Assembly: GCA_963726195.1 (NCBI GenBank)
Contig: CAVSBO010000016.1
Coordinates: 96,001 to 160,000, forward strand
DNA: 64,000 nucleotides
From: Candidatus Thorarchaeota archaeon
GTDB lineage: Archaea > Asgardarchaeota > Thorarchaeia > Thorarchaeales > Thorarchaeaceae
Direction: 5' to 3'
The notes below the pieces were generated by a model. That model was not told the DNA's origin and made no database searches. It worked only from the letters and a program-made list of their open reading frames with translations. Below are positions 22,591 through 31,819 of the stretch, one piece after another. Position 1 is the first letter of the stretch, and every line of letters starts with the position of its first letter. The position numbers and the translations under genes were made by a program.

Positions 22591-23907
22591 ATGTCAGTGG
22601 ACCTCCTCCTCAAGAATGGCACCGTGATAATTGATGGCATAGAAACTACCCGTTCTGTTGCTGTGAAGTCGAGTAAGATAGAAGGGCTCTATGACCCCGG
22701 AAACGAACCCAGCGCCCAGAAAGTCATTGATTGCGATGGGCTTTACGTACTTCCAGGAGCTATCGATATCCATGTTCATCTAAGAGACCTTGGCGAATCC
22801 CACAAGGAAGACTATGCCACTGGTACAATGGCTGCAGCCGCAGGCGGTGTAACGACAGTTGTTGACATGCCCAACTCGGTTCCACCCATACTATCAATGA
22901 ATGACCTTAAGGAGAAGATTGCAAGCGCACTGGAGAAACGCTTCGTCAATGTTGGGTTCTATGCAGGAATTCCAAAGAATCCTGCAGACTTTGATTCGTC
23001 CATGGTCCCGCACATTCTTGGAATGAAGGAGTATCCCCATTCCCCGTTGGCAAAGGGTGCTACGAGCGCCCATGAAAGGCTCTGTGGTTGTATGGATATT
23101 TCCCGGAAACACGGTCTCCCGCTTCTCTTTCATCCAGACTCCTCAAAGCCGGGTTCGAGGGCAGAAACTCTGGACGCCTACTTTGATCTTCATAGCTGTG
23201 AAAGCGAAGTCAAGTCAATCCAGCAGTTTCTGGACGCTCAGAAGGAAGTCGGGGGACATCTGCACGTCTGCCATGTGAGCTGTGCAACGGGGATTCGACT
23301 CATAGGAAAGCACAGGGCGGAACAGAGCGTTACCGCTGAAACAACACCTCATCACTTGCTCCTGTCAAGCAATCAGTTTCCGAACACGGATGGCACTGCA
23401 AAGATGCTGCCCCCACTGCGATCTTCATACGACAACAGTTCACTCAGACAGGCCCTATGCGGACGGTGTACAATTGATTGTGTTGTCTCCGATCATGCGC
23501 CCCATACGGAGCAGGAGAAGCACTCTGCATTCCTGAAAGCCTCGTCGGGGATACCAGGTCTCGAAACAATTGTACCCTTAATGCTGACAGAGGTTCTCGA
23601 AGGACGATTGTCATGGGTAGATTATCTGCGATGCTGCTGCTCGGCGCCTGCGTGGGTGTTGCAGATTCCTGCGAAAGGCGTCCTGTCAAAGCACTACGAT
23701 GCGGATATCACCGTGGTTGAGAAGACAGATACGGTGATACATGGGGCAGACTTCCAGTCAAAGGCCAAGATTACACCTTTCGAGGGGCGGCGCGTACTGG
23801 CTCATCCTGTGGTGACTATTGTGGGCGGAGAACCCGTTTATGACCATGGTAAGTTCCTAGTCGGACATGGAACCGCAGGAAGAGTGCCAGTGCGAGCGAG
23901 AAGATGA
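22591..23907 (+). CDS. pyrC: Dihydroorotase
   Basis: IDIHVHLRD, GGVTTVVDMPN, HVCHVS, PPLR, SDHAPH. Confidence 0.88.
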   Translation: MSVDLLLKNGTVIIDGIETTRSVAVKSSKIEGLYDPGNEPSAQKVIDCDGLYVLPGAIDIHVHLRDLGESHKEDYATGTMAAAAGGVTTVVDMPNSVPPILSMNDLKEKIASALEKRFVNVGFYAGIPKNPADFDSSMVPHILGMKEYPHSPLAKGATSAHERLCGCMDISRKHGLPLLFHPDSSKPGSRAETLDAYFDLHSCESEVKSIQQFLDAQKEVGGHLHVCHVSCATGIRLIGKHRAEQSVTAETTPHHLLLSSNQFPNTDGTAKMLPPLRSSYDNSSLRQALCGRCTIDCVVSDHAPHTEQEKHSAFLKASSGIPGLETIVPLMLTEVLEGRLSWVDYLRCCCSAPAWVLQIPAKGVLSKHYDADITVVEKTDTVIHGADFQSKAKITPFEGRRVLAHPVVTIVGGEPVYDHGKFLVGHGTAGRVPVRARR

Positions 23908-23941
23908 GGACCTGCTCACAGATGTGAAGTCACTGGGGGAC

Positions 23942-25128
23942 TTGAAACAGCGACAGGAGCAGTACAAGCACACCACTTCAGTCGTGATATCAATCGTCCA
24001 CCTAGACATACGGAAGGAGTGTATATCTGCGTGATGAGCATCAAGTAATGCGTCGAGGGGCAGAAGAATCGATGATACTGACATACAAGGTTCGGCACGA
24101 CCGCGACTTCTCCGAAGAGCTGAGAAAAGCAAGAAAGATTGCAAGGATTGCAGTGGAATCGCCTCTTCTATTAAGAACACCCGTGTGAAACACATCGGCC
24201 TGAAGTCAGTGATAGCGAACCAGGTACTCAGGAAGTACGGACGAAACAAGCAGACTAGGAAAGTGCGTTCTGTCAAGACTGACCATTCCGTGTCAAGGCA
24301 TACAGTGCGACCGAGAGAAGAGAACGATAAGGATCACTTCCCTCGGAATGGAGTTCGCGTACAGGTTCAGGGACGATTTTGTGAAGATTAACCAGATAGA
24401 GGTTGACAGGAGATTCTTGTACGTCTCGCTGACTGCAAAAGAAGCAGAGCCGCTCGCTCTGGAGGGATACATCGGTATCGACCTGAATGCTACGGGTCAT
24501 GCAGCAGTGGTCGCAATCCCTGCCACAGGAAAGGTCCTGAAGCTTGGAAGGAAAGCCTATCACATACACAAGAAGTACAGGGAGATGAGAAGAAGACTTC
24601 AACACATGGGGAAGTACCGGAAACTGAAGAGCGTAAAGAACAGGGAATCGAAGATTGTAAGGGACTCAATCACCAGATGAGCCGAAAGATCGTCGACACT
24701 GCATTCGAACACAGATGTGGAATACGACTTGAAGACCTGAGCGGTATCACCAGTACTGTAAGGACGAGGCGTTCGTTCAGATACTCCCTGCACAGCTGGT
24801 CGTTCTATCAGCTGAAAGACATGATAGAATACAAGGCTAGGCTGCTCGGAGTAAAGGTCGAATATGTCAATCCTGCATATACGTCAAAGACTTGCAGCAA
24901 GTGCGGCTCGATTGGTGACAGGAGTAAGAAGGAGTTCATGTGTCCCGCTTGCGGGCACGTTGACCATGCCAATGCAGCATTCAATATCGCAAAGGCATCG
25001 TCGGGCATGAGCCAATCCTTTGCACATAGAGATGCAGAGGACGGGAGCACTGACACCCCCAGAGACGCAATGGTCATGAATGCAACCAACGCCAGAACCC
25101 CATGACTTAAGTCGTGAGTGTGTGTCAG
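23942..25128 (+). mobile_element. Degenerate IS605 element: internally deleted tnpA(Y1) remnant + tnpB
   Basis: tnpA N-terminal-like QYKHTTSVV and C-terminal-like IK*CVEGQKNR* just upstream of tnpB. Right-end hairpin CATGACTTAAGTCGTG is followed by TGTGTCAG. Confidence 0.7.
24072..25105 (+). pseudogene. tnpB: Compact TnpB, fragmented, with RuvC-III Asp deleted
   Basis: MILTYKVRH..., GIDLN, RLEDL, CSKCG/CPACG; HVDHANAAFNI lacks the D-x of HADxNAA; three frameshifts. Confidence 0.8.
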
Positions 25129-25180
25129 GAAAAGCATAACGGCATGATGTGCAGGAATTCTGACATAGGAGTGATGACAG

Positions 25181-25810
25181 TTGTCGAGCGCGTATTCCGA
25201 CGCTGAGGGAATCTTTCTCGTGAAACTTGCCAGACAGACCGTGGAAGACTATGTCCGGTCTAAGAAGAAACCTGAACCGCCTGCGGACACCCCGGCCAAC
25301 CTTAAGAAAGAGTCTGGAGTATTTGTCACTCTGAATTCACTTGCAGGTAGGTATGTAGAATTGAGAGGCTGCATCGGGCGTCCCTATCCAAGTGAGCCCC
25401 TAGTGGAAGCAACGATTGACTCCGCCATAGACGCGGCCGTTAACGACTTTCGATTTGGAGCAGTAGCGCCTAAGGAACTAAGTACGATTCTTGTGGAACT
25501 CAGCATACTGACACCGCCGCAAAAACTGACTTACTCCAATCCCGTCGAACTGCTAGACCTAGTTCAAATTGGCCGTGATGGCTTAATAGCAGGTAGGGGT
25601 CGACAACGCGGGCTTTTGCTTCCTCAGGTCCCGGTGGAGTACGGATGGAATGTGAAAGAGTTTCTACAACATACCTGCAACAAGGCGGGTTTGCCAGCCG
25701 ATACTTGGATGGACCCAAGAACCGAGTTCATGTCATTCCAAGCCGAGATTTTCGGAGAAGTCAAACCTCGAGGAGAAGTGGTCAGGAACCCGCAACATCC
25801 GAGAATGTGA
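25181..25810 (+). CDS. AMMECR1/AmmeMemoRadiSam protein A (TIGR00296-type)
   Basis: GVFVTL, LRGCIG, GRDGL, GLLLPQV, CNKAGL. Confidence 0.92.
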   Translation: MSSAYSDAEGIFLVKLARQTVEDYVRSKKKPEPPADTPANLKKESGVFVTLNSLAGRYVELRGCIGRPYPSEPLVEATIDSAIDAAVNDFRFGAVAPKELSTILVELSILTPPQKLTYSNPVELLDLVQIGRDGLIAGRGRQRGLLLPQVPVEYGWNVKEFLQHTCNKAGLPADTWMDPRTEFMSFQAEIFGEVKPRGEVVRNPQHPRM

Positions 25811-26692
25811 ATGAGGGAGAGAATGCTCGTGAAGGGGCTACCGCCAAGCGTCGTTGACACCCTGAGGGGTTTTCTGGAGGAGGACATTCGATCGGGTGAT
25901 ATCACAACCGATGCCCTCGGGCCATTGAATGCCGCAGCAGTAGGCACAGTGGTGGCCAAGAGCAAAACCATCGTCGCGGGGCTCGAAGAAGCTGCGGCTA
26001 TCGCTGATATCTCTGGTCTTAATCACGAAGTCCTCGTATTCGAAGGCAACTGGGTTGCACCCGGAGAGCCCGTGATTCGCTTGATGGGACCTGCGAGGAT
26101 ACTGCTCAGTACTGAACGAGTTGTTCTCAACATAATCATGCGCATGAGCGGAGTTGCAACAAAAACCTACAACATGGTGCAGGCCGCAAGAAGAGAAAAT
26201 CCAAGGATAATTGTTACCGCGACGCGAAAGACAACCCCTGGTTTCCGATACTTCGAGAAACGTGCCGTCGAGATAGGTGGCGGAGATCCACACCGCTTCG
26301 CACTGGACGATATGGTGCTGATAAAGAACAATCATATTACACTCGTTGGAGGCGTCACGCAAGCCGTGCGGATGGCGAGGGAACGCACATCCTTTACCAA
26401 GAAGATCTCATGTGAGGCTAGGGACTTGCAGGAGGCCCTAGAAGCAGCGGAGACAGGTGTAGACATAATCCTGCTTGATAACCTCTCTCCTAGAGACATC
26501 GAGAGTGTGCACAAAGCACTGGTGCAGAGAGGAATGCGCGACAAAATCATTCTAGAGGCCTCTGGAGGAGTGGATGAGGACAATGTGCGAGCATTCGCAA
26601 AAAGCGGTGTGGATGTCATATCGTCGGGTGCTCTCACTCATTCCTACTCGTCGTCCGACTTCAGCATGAGCATCTCATTGGCTCAGCAATGA
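25811..26692 (+). CDS. nadC: Quinolinate phosphoribosyltransferase
   Basis: EDIRSGDITT, TRKTTPG, ILLDN, EASGG. Confidence 0.95.
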   Translation: MRERMLVKGLPPSVVDTLRGFLEEDIRSGDITTDALGPLNAAAVGTVVAKSKTIVAGLEEAAAIADISGLNHEVLVFEGNWVAPGEPVIRLMGPARILLSTERVVLNIIMRMSGVATKTYNMVQAARRENPRIIVTATRKTTPGFRYFEKRAVEIGGGDPHRFALDDMVLIKNNHITLVGGVTQAVRMARERTSFTKKISCEARDLQEALEAAETGVDIILLDNLSPRDIESVHKALVQRGMRDKIILEASGGVDEDNVRAFAKSGVDVISSGALTHSYSSSDFSMSISLAQQ

Positions 26693-26719
26693 AACAGAAC
26701 GGATTGGTCAGTTTGGAAT

Positions 26720-26797
26720 TGGTGCCCCGGCCGGGATTTGGACCCGGGTCGGGGGAGCGAAAGTCCCCAATGCTGGGCCGGACTACACCACCGGGGC
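26720..26797 (-). tRNA. tRNA-Glu(TTC), CCA encoded
   Basis: GCCCCGG acceptor stem; anticodon arm GGGGA-CTTTCGC-TCCCC. Confidence 0.93.
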
Positions 26798-26917
26798 CTA
26801 GACGCACCGGACTGCCTGAAGCAGTTATTAAGATTGTGACACGCTTCGTACGAACTTGTCGTTTTTGTGTCAGAGATATCAAGTGTGAACGGAGACACGT
26901 GAATGCACGTCCACTTT

Positions 26918-27427
26918 CTAGTGCTTGAGCGTAGGACTCGGCTGTTCCTTTTCATCGCAGAGTTTCCCAAGGGCTCGAGCATTGCGCGGGATTCGGCGTG
27001 AATGCGCGGGCCCTACGGCGCTGCGTTCTGGCTTCTCAAAACAAGGGCTCTCAGAGGATTCCGTCTTTGGTGAACTGCAATGGCGTATAGAGCTTAGAGG
27101 GGGCCAGGGGTCATCACCTATTCCACGTGAGAAGTCGCCAACAGCCGCCTGTAAGATGAACGATTGGAGCTCACTCTCGCTTGGCACGCCGTATAATGCC
27201 TTACAGCCTGCCACAAGCGTGGGCACAACCATGATGCCGTATGCTTCAGCAATAAACGGATGCCTCTCCACATTTACCTCGTACACCTGTGCAACGTCTG
27301 CTAGGTCTGATTCGTCTTGGTCGAGCATGCCTTTGACCATATTGCATAACACGCAGTGATTTGATGTAAACAGGAGAATCATCCAAGTTGCTCCATTCGG
27401 CTTTTCTCGTAGTCCCGCCCCGGTCAT
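26918..27427 (-). CDS. Thioredoxin-like protein
   Basis: FTSNHCVLC CxxC motif and YGIMVVPTL cis-Pro motif. Confidence 0.8.
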   Translation of the reverse strand: MTGAGLREKPNGATWMILLFTSNHCVLCNMVKGMLDQDESDLADVAQVYEVNVERHPFIAEAYGIMVVPTLVAGCKALYGVPSESELQSFILQAAVGDFSRGIGDDPWPPLSSIRHCSSPKTESSESPCFEKPERSAVGPAHSRRIPRNARALGKLCDEKEQPSPTLKH

Positions 27428-27615
27428 TTAAAGTCAGAAAAACATGAGGCAAGTTGCGCCGTCTCAAATGCGATGTGTTTTCATTGCGAAGGGGTTACCG
27501 CATGGAGAGGATAGTCTTGGATGGGTTGAGGTCGGTGGAGCAAAGAGCGCGCTTTCTTTCGCAATGTTAATATCACGAAGGCGGAAAGGGTTCCTTGTCC
27601 AATCATGTATTGAGT

Positions 27616-27722
27616 GGGCCCGTAGCCCAGCTTGGTAGTGCTTGTTCTCATTATGAGCGAGCGCCGTGAGCAGCAGGCTCATAACCTGTCCGTCGCGGGT
27701 TCAAGTCCCGTCGGGCCCACCA
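27616..27722 (+). tRNA. tRNA with CAT anticodon (probably Ile2) and an approximately 30-nt D-loop intron (27638-27667)
   Basis: GGGCCCG/CGGGCCC acceptor, GCAGG-CTCATAA-CCTGT, GGTTCAAGTCC, CCA. Removing the insert restores TGGTAGAGC. Confidence 0.85.
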
Positions 27723-27800
27723 CAATCAGGTTCTTCTCATCTCTCTGGGTTGTGTCCCTCAAAATTGTTCACTGTCTCTTCAGAACATCTAAGGAAAAAG

Positions 27801-27934
27801 TGGCGCCGCCGAGAGGGTTTCCGGACAGTCCGGGACTCGGAGAGTCTCTCGAACCTCTGACCAGTCGTCGCGCGTGCCAGAGCATTACGCTACAACTTAA
27901 CAGGCTGTCGCTCTACCGACTGAGCCACGGCGGC
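27801..27934 (-). tRNA. tRNA-Asn(GTT) with two introns: variable loop (about 27862-27889) and T-loop (27818-27847)
   Basis: GCCGCCG acceptor, ACAGC-CTGTTAA-GTTGT, CCA. The T-loop insert is bounded by a clean bulge-helix-bulge. Confidence 0.88.
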
Positions 27935-28161
27935 ACTCGACCGCAAGTTCCTTGTCGTCACAATATTAACGTTACTGTCAGACAGGGCATTAGTGCCGAA
28001 TACTTCGTTGAAACCCCCAACTTGCTGGCTCAGCGAGATAGTGACAATAGACGACTTAGGCCGCGTAATTCAGAACAAGGCAAAGAACTGTTTCGTGTCC
28101 AGAAAGCTCATTCCGCTGATTTCAATCACTACTATACGCCAAAGACTGATAACATACGGTT

Positions 28162-28803
28162 ATGCCCGAGAATTTCATGGTGTCCGATTCAGGCCACAAT
28201 TCTGCCCTTGTATGGTGTCCACTCATACCGCTTGATGATTTGAGTGGATTGGCCGGACACGAAGACGAGCTTGAGAAGATAAATCAAGTCTACGACGATT
28301 GGCGTTCGTCAATGAGAGGACGACAGACCGCGGTGGACGATGTCGGTATCTTCCTCGATAGGATACGAATGCTGTGGATCAGTGTCGGAATAGCATGTGG
28401 TGCAGAACGCGTTCTTGCGGAGAGAGTGCAGACAATTGTCGGGACTCAGCTCAGAAGAGGAGCGCTAACACTTGTTTCAAGGATGTCAAGCGAGAACTCT
28501 GAAGAAGTTGCCGTGAAGCACACACTCACCAGCTTCTTTCAGCAATTAAGGTTCGGCCATGATATATTCCCGCTGGAAGAAATACAGAAAGTTGCTGTGC
28601 CTCCGGACCACTCGAAAAAGCCGTCAGACTCTGCTTCATACCACAAGACCCAGAGAGAATCCAAACGGGAAAAGAACATTGAAGATGCCCAGAAGAATGT
28701 GTCCGGTTACGGAGTTGTCGGAACTGCTCTAGGTGAGAGCCTGAGGATTCTCGGTGAATTGTTCGCGCATCTTCTGAGCCCGGACCCATGGGGAGTAGAG
28801 TAG
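28162..28803 (+). CDS. Hypothetical protein
   Basis: 213-aa ORF with normal composition filling the gap; no recognised motif. Confidence 0.65.
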   Translation: MPENFMVSDSGHNSALVWCPLIPLDDLSGLAGHEDELEKINQVYDDWRSSMRGRQTAVDDVGIFLDRIRMLWISVGIACGAERVLAERVQTIVGTQLRRGALTLVSRMSSENSEEVAVKHTLTSFFQQLRFGHDIFPLEEIQKVAVPPDHSKKPSDSASYHKTQRESKREKNIEDAQKNVSGYGVVGTALGESLRILGELFAHLLSPDPWGVE

Positions 28804-28828
28804 CTAATACGAAGTGCCATCGAGACAA

Positions 28829-29401
28829 TTATACCCGAGATATCGCTTGGCCTGATTTGATAAATGCCACCTCCGATGTTCTCATGTCGACCCAGTCTGT
28901 GTGATACAGAGTCACTTCAACTCGAGACTGCGAAATCCCCATCTCGATGAAGCTTGCATCAGTACGTCCTTCCCACCCGCCTGTGGACCCTGAGATGCTC
29001 CCGGGGTTCAGGAAGAGCCGCTTTTCGTAAAGATCTATCGCCTCATCGTGGGTGTGACCATGGACCGTGACATCGGCATCGACACGTTTAGCAATCTCCC
29101 ATAGCTGCACAAGATCTCCTCGTGGTCTAATCTGCGTACCGTGAAGAAGCAGGATATTGATGTCTTCTATCTTGATTTCCTCGTGCATGTTGTAACGCCC
29201 CTCAAGATCCATGTTCCCCCGGACGATATGAGACTGGGGCAGTGGTGGCATGGCCTTTCTCATGTCGCTCTCGCGCACCAAATCGCCAGTGACTAATGCC
29301 AAATCGTATTGCGTTGATTGAATATGCTCATAGAAAGATGTGGGTATCGAATCTCTGCGTGTTGGGATGTGAGCGTCGCCAAAGACCAAGATGCGTTTCA
29401 A
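28829..29401 (-). CDS. Vps29/YfcE (MJ0936) family metallophosphoesterase
   Basis: GDAHIPTR, TGDL, VRGNMD, HGTQ, GHTH, NPGS. Confidence 0.88.
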   Translation of the reverse strand: MKRILVFGDAHIPTRRDSIPTSFYEHIQSTQYDLALVTGDLVRESDMRKAMPPLPQSHIVRGNMDLEGRYNMHEEIKIEDINILLLHGTQIRPRGDLVQLWEIAKRVDADVTVHGHTHDEAIDLYEKRLFLNPGSISGSTGGWEGRTDASFIEMGISQSRVEVTLYHTDWVDMRTSEVAFIKSGQAISRV

Positions 29402-29449
29402 GTCCTGACTCGCCCTCCTGGTCCTGCCTTAGACATTATGTTGGAGCCA

Positions 29450-31636
29450 TCAGGAATGCTCTTTGGTCAGATTGTCGAGAATCTTCAGGTATATCTCCTT
29501 CTTCTGACCCTTCGAGAGCTTCGCAAGTCTTTCCACTATTAGCTCAGGAGTGCTTCTCGCAAGCTGCCCGAAGCGGGGTGTTCTATCTACAATCAGTTCG
29601 AGGTTCTCATCAAGGCCACGCGCTTCGATTCCGTCTATTCTTACAGAAACGTTGGTTACTTCCTTTATCTCTCGAGCCAAGTGGCTGCAAATGACCGTAC
29701 AGGTCTTCGGGTCGCTCTGGAGCAACTCTATCAGTCCTGCAATCACGTTGGCTGCACTTCCAGGCTCTGTTATGGCTTCAATTTCATCAAACAGAGCAAG
29801 CTTGGATTTGTCGGAAACAACAATCTCTGCGAACTGCTTCAAGGTTGTTTCGAAAGCGCCTGCGCTCACGACGCCTCGGCTCTTGTAGAAGAAGTAAATC
29901 TCCTCGAACACCTTGACATAGGCTTTCTTCGCAGGAACTGGGAAACCCGTCTGGGCCATGGCCGCGATCTGTGCAAGCGTCTGAATCGTTGTTGTCTTTC
30001 CGCCGCTGTTAGCGCCTGAGAGGATAGCGCAGTTCTCGCCGTTTGTTCCCTCAGGACGAAATGGAGTTTCACCAATAGCATAATCAATGGGCTGAACGGC
30101 GCCATGTTTTCCCTTAAGCATGCTCTCGACCAAGAAGATATTCCGCGCACCTTGAATCCCCACTCCGTTGTAGTCCGATGAGATGTCTGGGAGCTGTAGG
30201 TCGTAGTCAGCTGCGAAAAGCCCCACAGCCAGAAACAAATCGAATTCCAACAGTGTTTGCACCGCATCAGTAACGACTGTCTTCAGCTTTTCCAACTGTC
30301 CGGCGAACTTCTTCATCAACTTGAATGAATGCTCGGCCATGATTCTTCTTAGTCTATCTTCCAGTTCGTTCGAGCGATTCGAGTCCATCTTCACTGGCAA
30401 TGATATCTCTTCGCTGATTATGCCTGTCGCCCAGTCAGCCTCCTTCGCACTCAGGCCCAGCGTTTGAACGAGCTTGTCTTCCGCCTCTTGAACCGTGTTT
30501 GTGAACGTTTCAATAATCTCCGCGGGCAGCATGTTCCGTAGCGACCCGGCGTCTGCACCCTCCATATCCGTCGACTGCAAGATACTTATTATCTGCTGAC
30601 CACCAAGAGTGATTTCGCTCTTGGAGATTCTCGACGTTACCTCCTCGTTGAGCCAAGCTTCTGTTTCAGCCATAGCAGTCGGGAAAGCCTTGACCGCCTT
30701 GCGATACCGGTCGAGCTCGGGGTCGATACCTTCTGCAACACCGCCGTCTTCGTCTAGGCCCTTCAGAATCTCACCCACTTGGGCAAGTTGCTGGAAGTCA
30801 AGCCCTTTTGCGAAAACAGTAACAGAGTCATTCATAGGAAGACTGCCAAATTCCGCAGCAAGTTTGCACGAGGCATCAATTACCTTGTAGTTCTTGGCAT
30901 AGAATCCCACAGTCCTCTCTGGGAGAACATCGTCGACACTCCAGCTCTTCCCTAGTATCTCGACATTGTCAAGACCGTCCATCGACTCGTCATATCCACC
31001 CTTGGGAGAAACGAACATCACGAGATCGTAACCCTGAGCATAGTCTGCACCACTCTCGCCTTGAGACAACAAGTAGACCGGGCACCATTTGTCGACACCG
31101 TCCTTGACTAGCGTGTCGAATACCTTGTCACTGTCAGTGATTATCACGCGGCCCTGTACTTTCTGGCTCTGTATCTTCCTGAAGAGACCTCGAACCTGCC
31201 CAAGGAGACTCTTGAGAGTCTCCTTCTGCTCGGAACTTAGCCTTCGGGCCATATCTGATGCATCAGCGAAGTACCTCTGACGCTCAAGAATCACGTCCAG
31301 CTTGTCCGGAGGTAAGGGGAAGTAAAGGAGAAGCTTGTCCTTTGCGTAGCTTGTGTTTGCATATTCACGCATGATATCTAGGATGGAGTCGAAGATTTTC
31401 CTAAGATCGGGGCTCCGAAGAATCATGTTCGCGGTTGCGCCAAATTGAGTCTCGAATGCGGCCTTCACAATATTGACAGCCTGTTTGTCGCCAATACCCG
31501 GTACTGCCGCAACCAAATCAACTCGTGAATCCAAGATGACCTTGAGTGCGACCGCTTCGTTTCCAAAGTGGTCGACCAAAGCCTTCTTGATTTTGTCACC
31601 AACGCCCGGAATGTCTGAGAGTTTTGTAACGCTCAC
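29450..31636 (-). CDS. Archaeal MutS-like ATPase with N-terminal HhH
   Basis: IPGVG HhH, SGANSGGKTT, AGAFE, FDEIEAITE. Confidence 0.88.
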   Translation of the reverse strand: MSVTKLSDIPGVGDKIKKALVDHFGNEAVALKVILDSRVDLVAAVPGIGDKQAVNIVKAAFETQFGATANMILRSPDLRKIFDSILDIMREYANTSYAKDKLLLYFPLPPDKLDVILERQRYFADASDMARRLSSEQKETLKSLLGQVRGLFRKIQSQKVQGRVIITDSDKVFDTLVKDGVDKWCPVYLLSQGESGADYAQGYDLVMFVSPKGGYDESMDGLDNVEILGKSWSVDDVLPERTVGFYAKNYKVIDASCKLAAEFGSLPMNDSVTVFAKGLDFQQLAQVGEILKGLDEDGGVAEGIDPELDRYRKAVKAFPTAMAETEAWLNEEVTSRISKSEITLGGQQIISILQSTDMEGADAGSLRNMLPAEIIETFTNTVQEAEDKLVQTLGLSAKEADWATGIISEEISLPVKMDSNRSNELEDRLRRIMAEHSFKLMKKFAGQLEKLKTVVTDAVQTLLEFDLFLAVGLFAADYDLQLPDISSDYNGVGIQGARNIFLVESMLKGKHGAVQPIDYAIGETPFRPEGTNGENCAILSGANSGGKTTTIQTLAQIAAMAQTGFPVPAKKAYVKVFEEIYFFYKSRGVVSAGAFETTLKQFAEIVVSDKSKLALFDEIEAITEPGSAANVIAGLIELLQSDPKTCTVICSHLAREIKEVTNVSVRIDGIEARGLDENLELIVDRTPRFGQLARSTPELIVERLAKLSKGQKKEIYLKILDNLTKEHS

Positions 31637-31819
31637 GCTCGATACCCCAACGACGGGATTGAGGCGGCCCTCGTCTGAGTCCTCCTTAAGGCTTGCTCTA
31701 GGTCGCGCTACACGTCTTTCTGCAGTGGTATGTTGTGCATAATAGGCTAGAAAAACCTGTCAGGGCTTGCTGCACGCCTCAGTCGCACACAGATAAGCCT
31801 CAAGTTAGCAGCAGATTAT

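Noticed and set aside
27464-28243. ORFs 27632..28243 and 27464..27682 (likewise 26689..26928 and 47487..47711)
   Set aside because: They overlap tRNA genes and are spurious.
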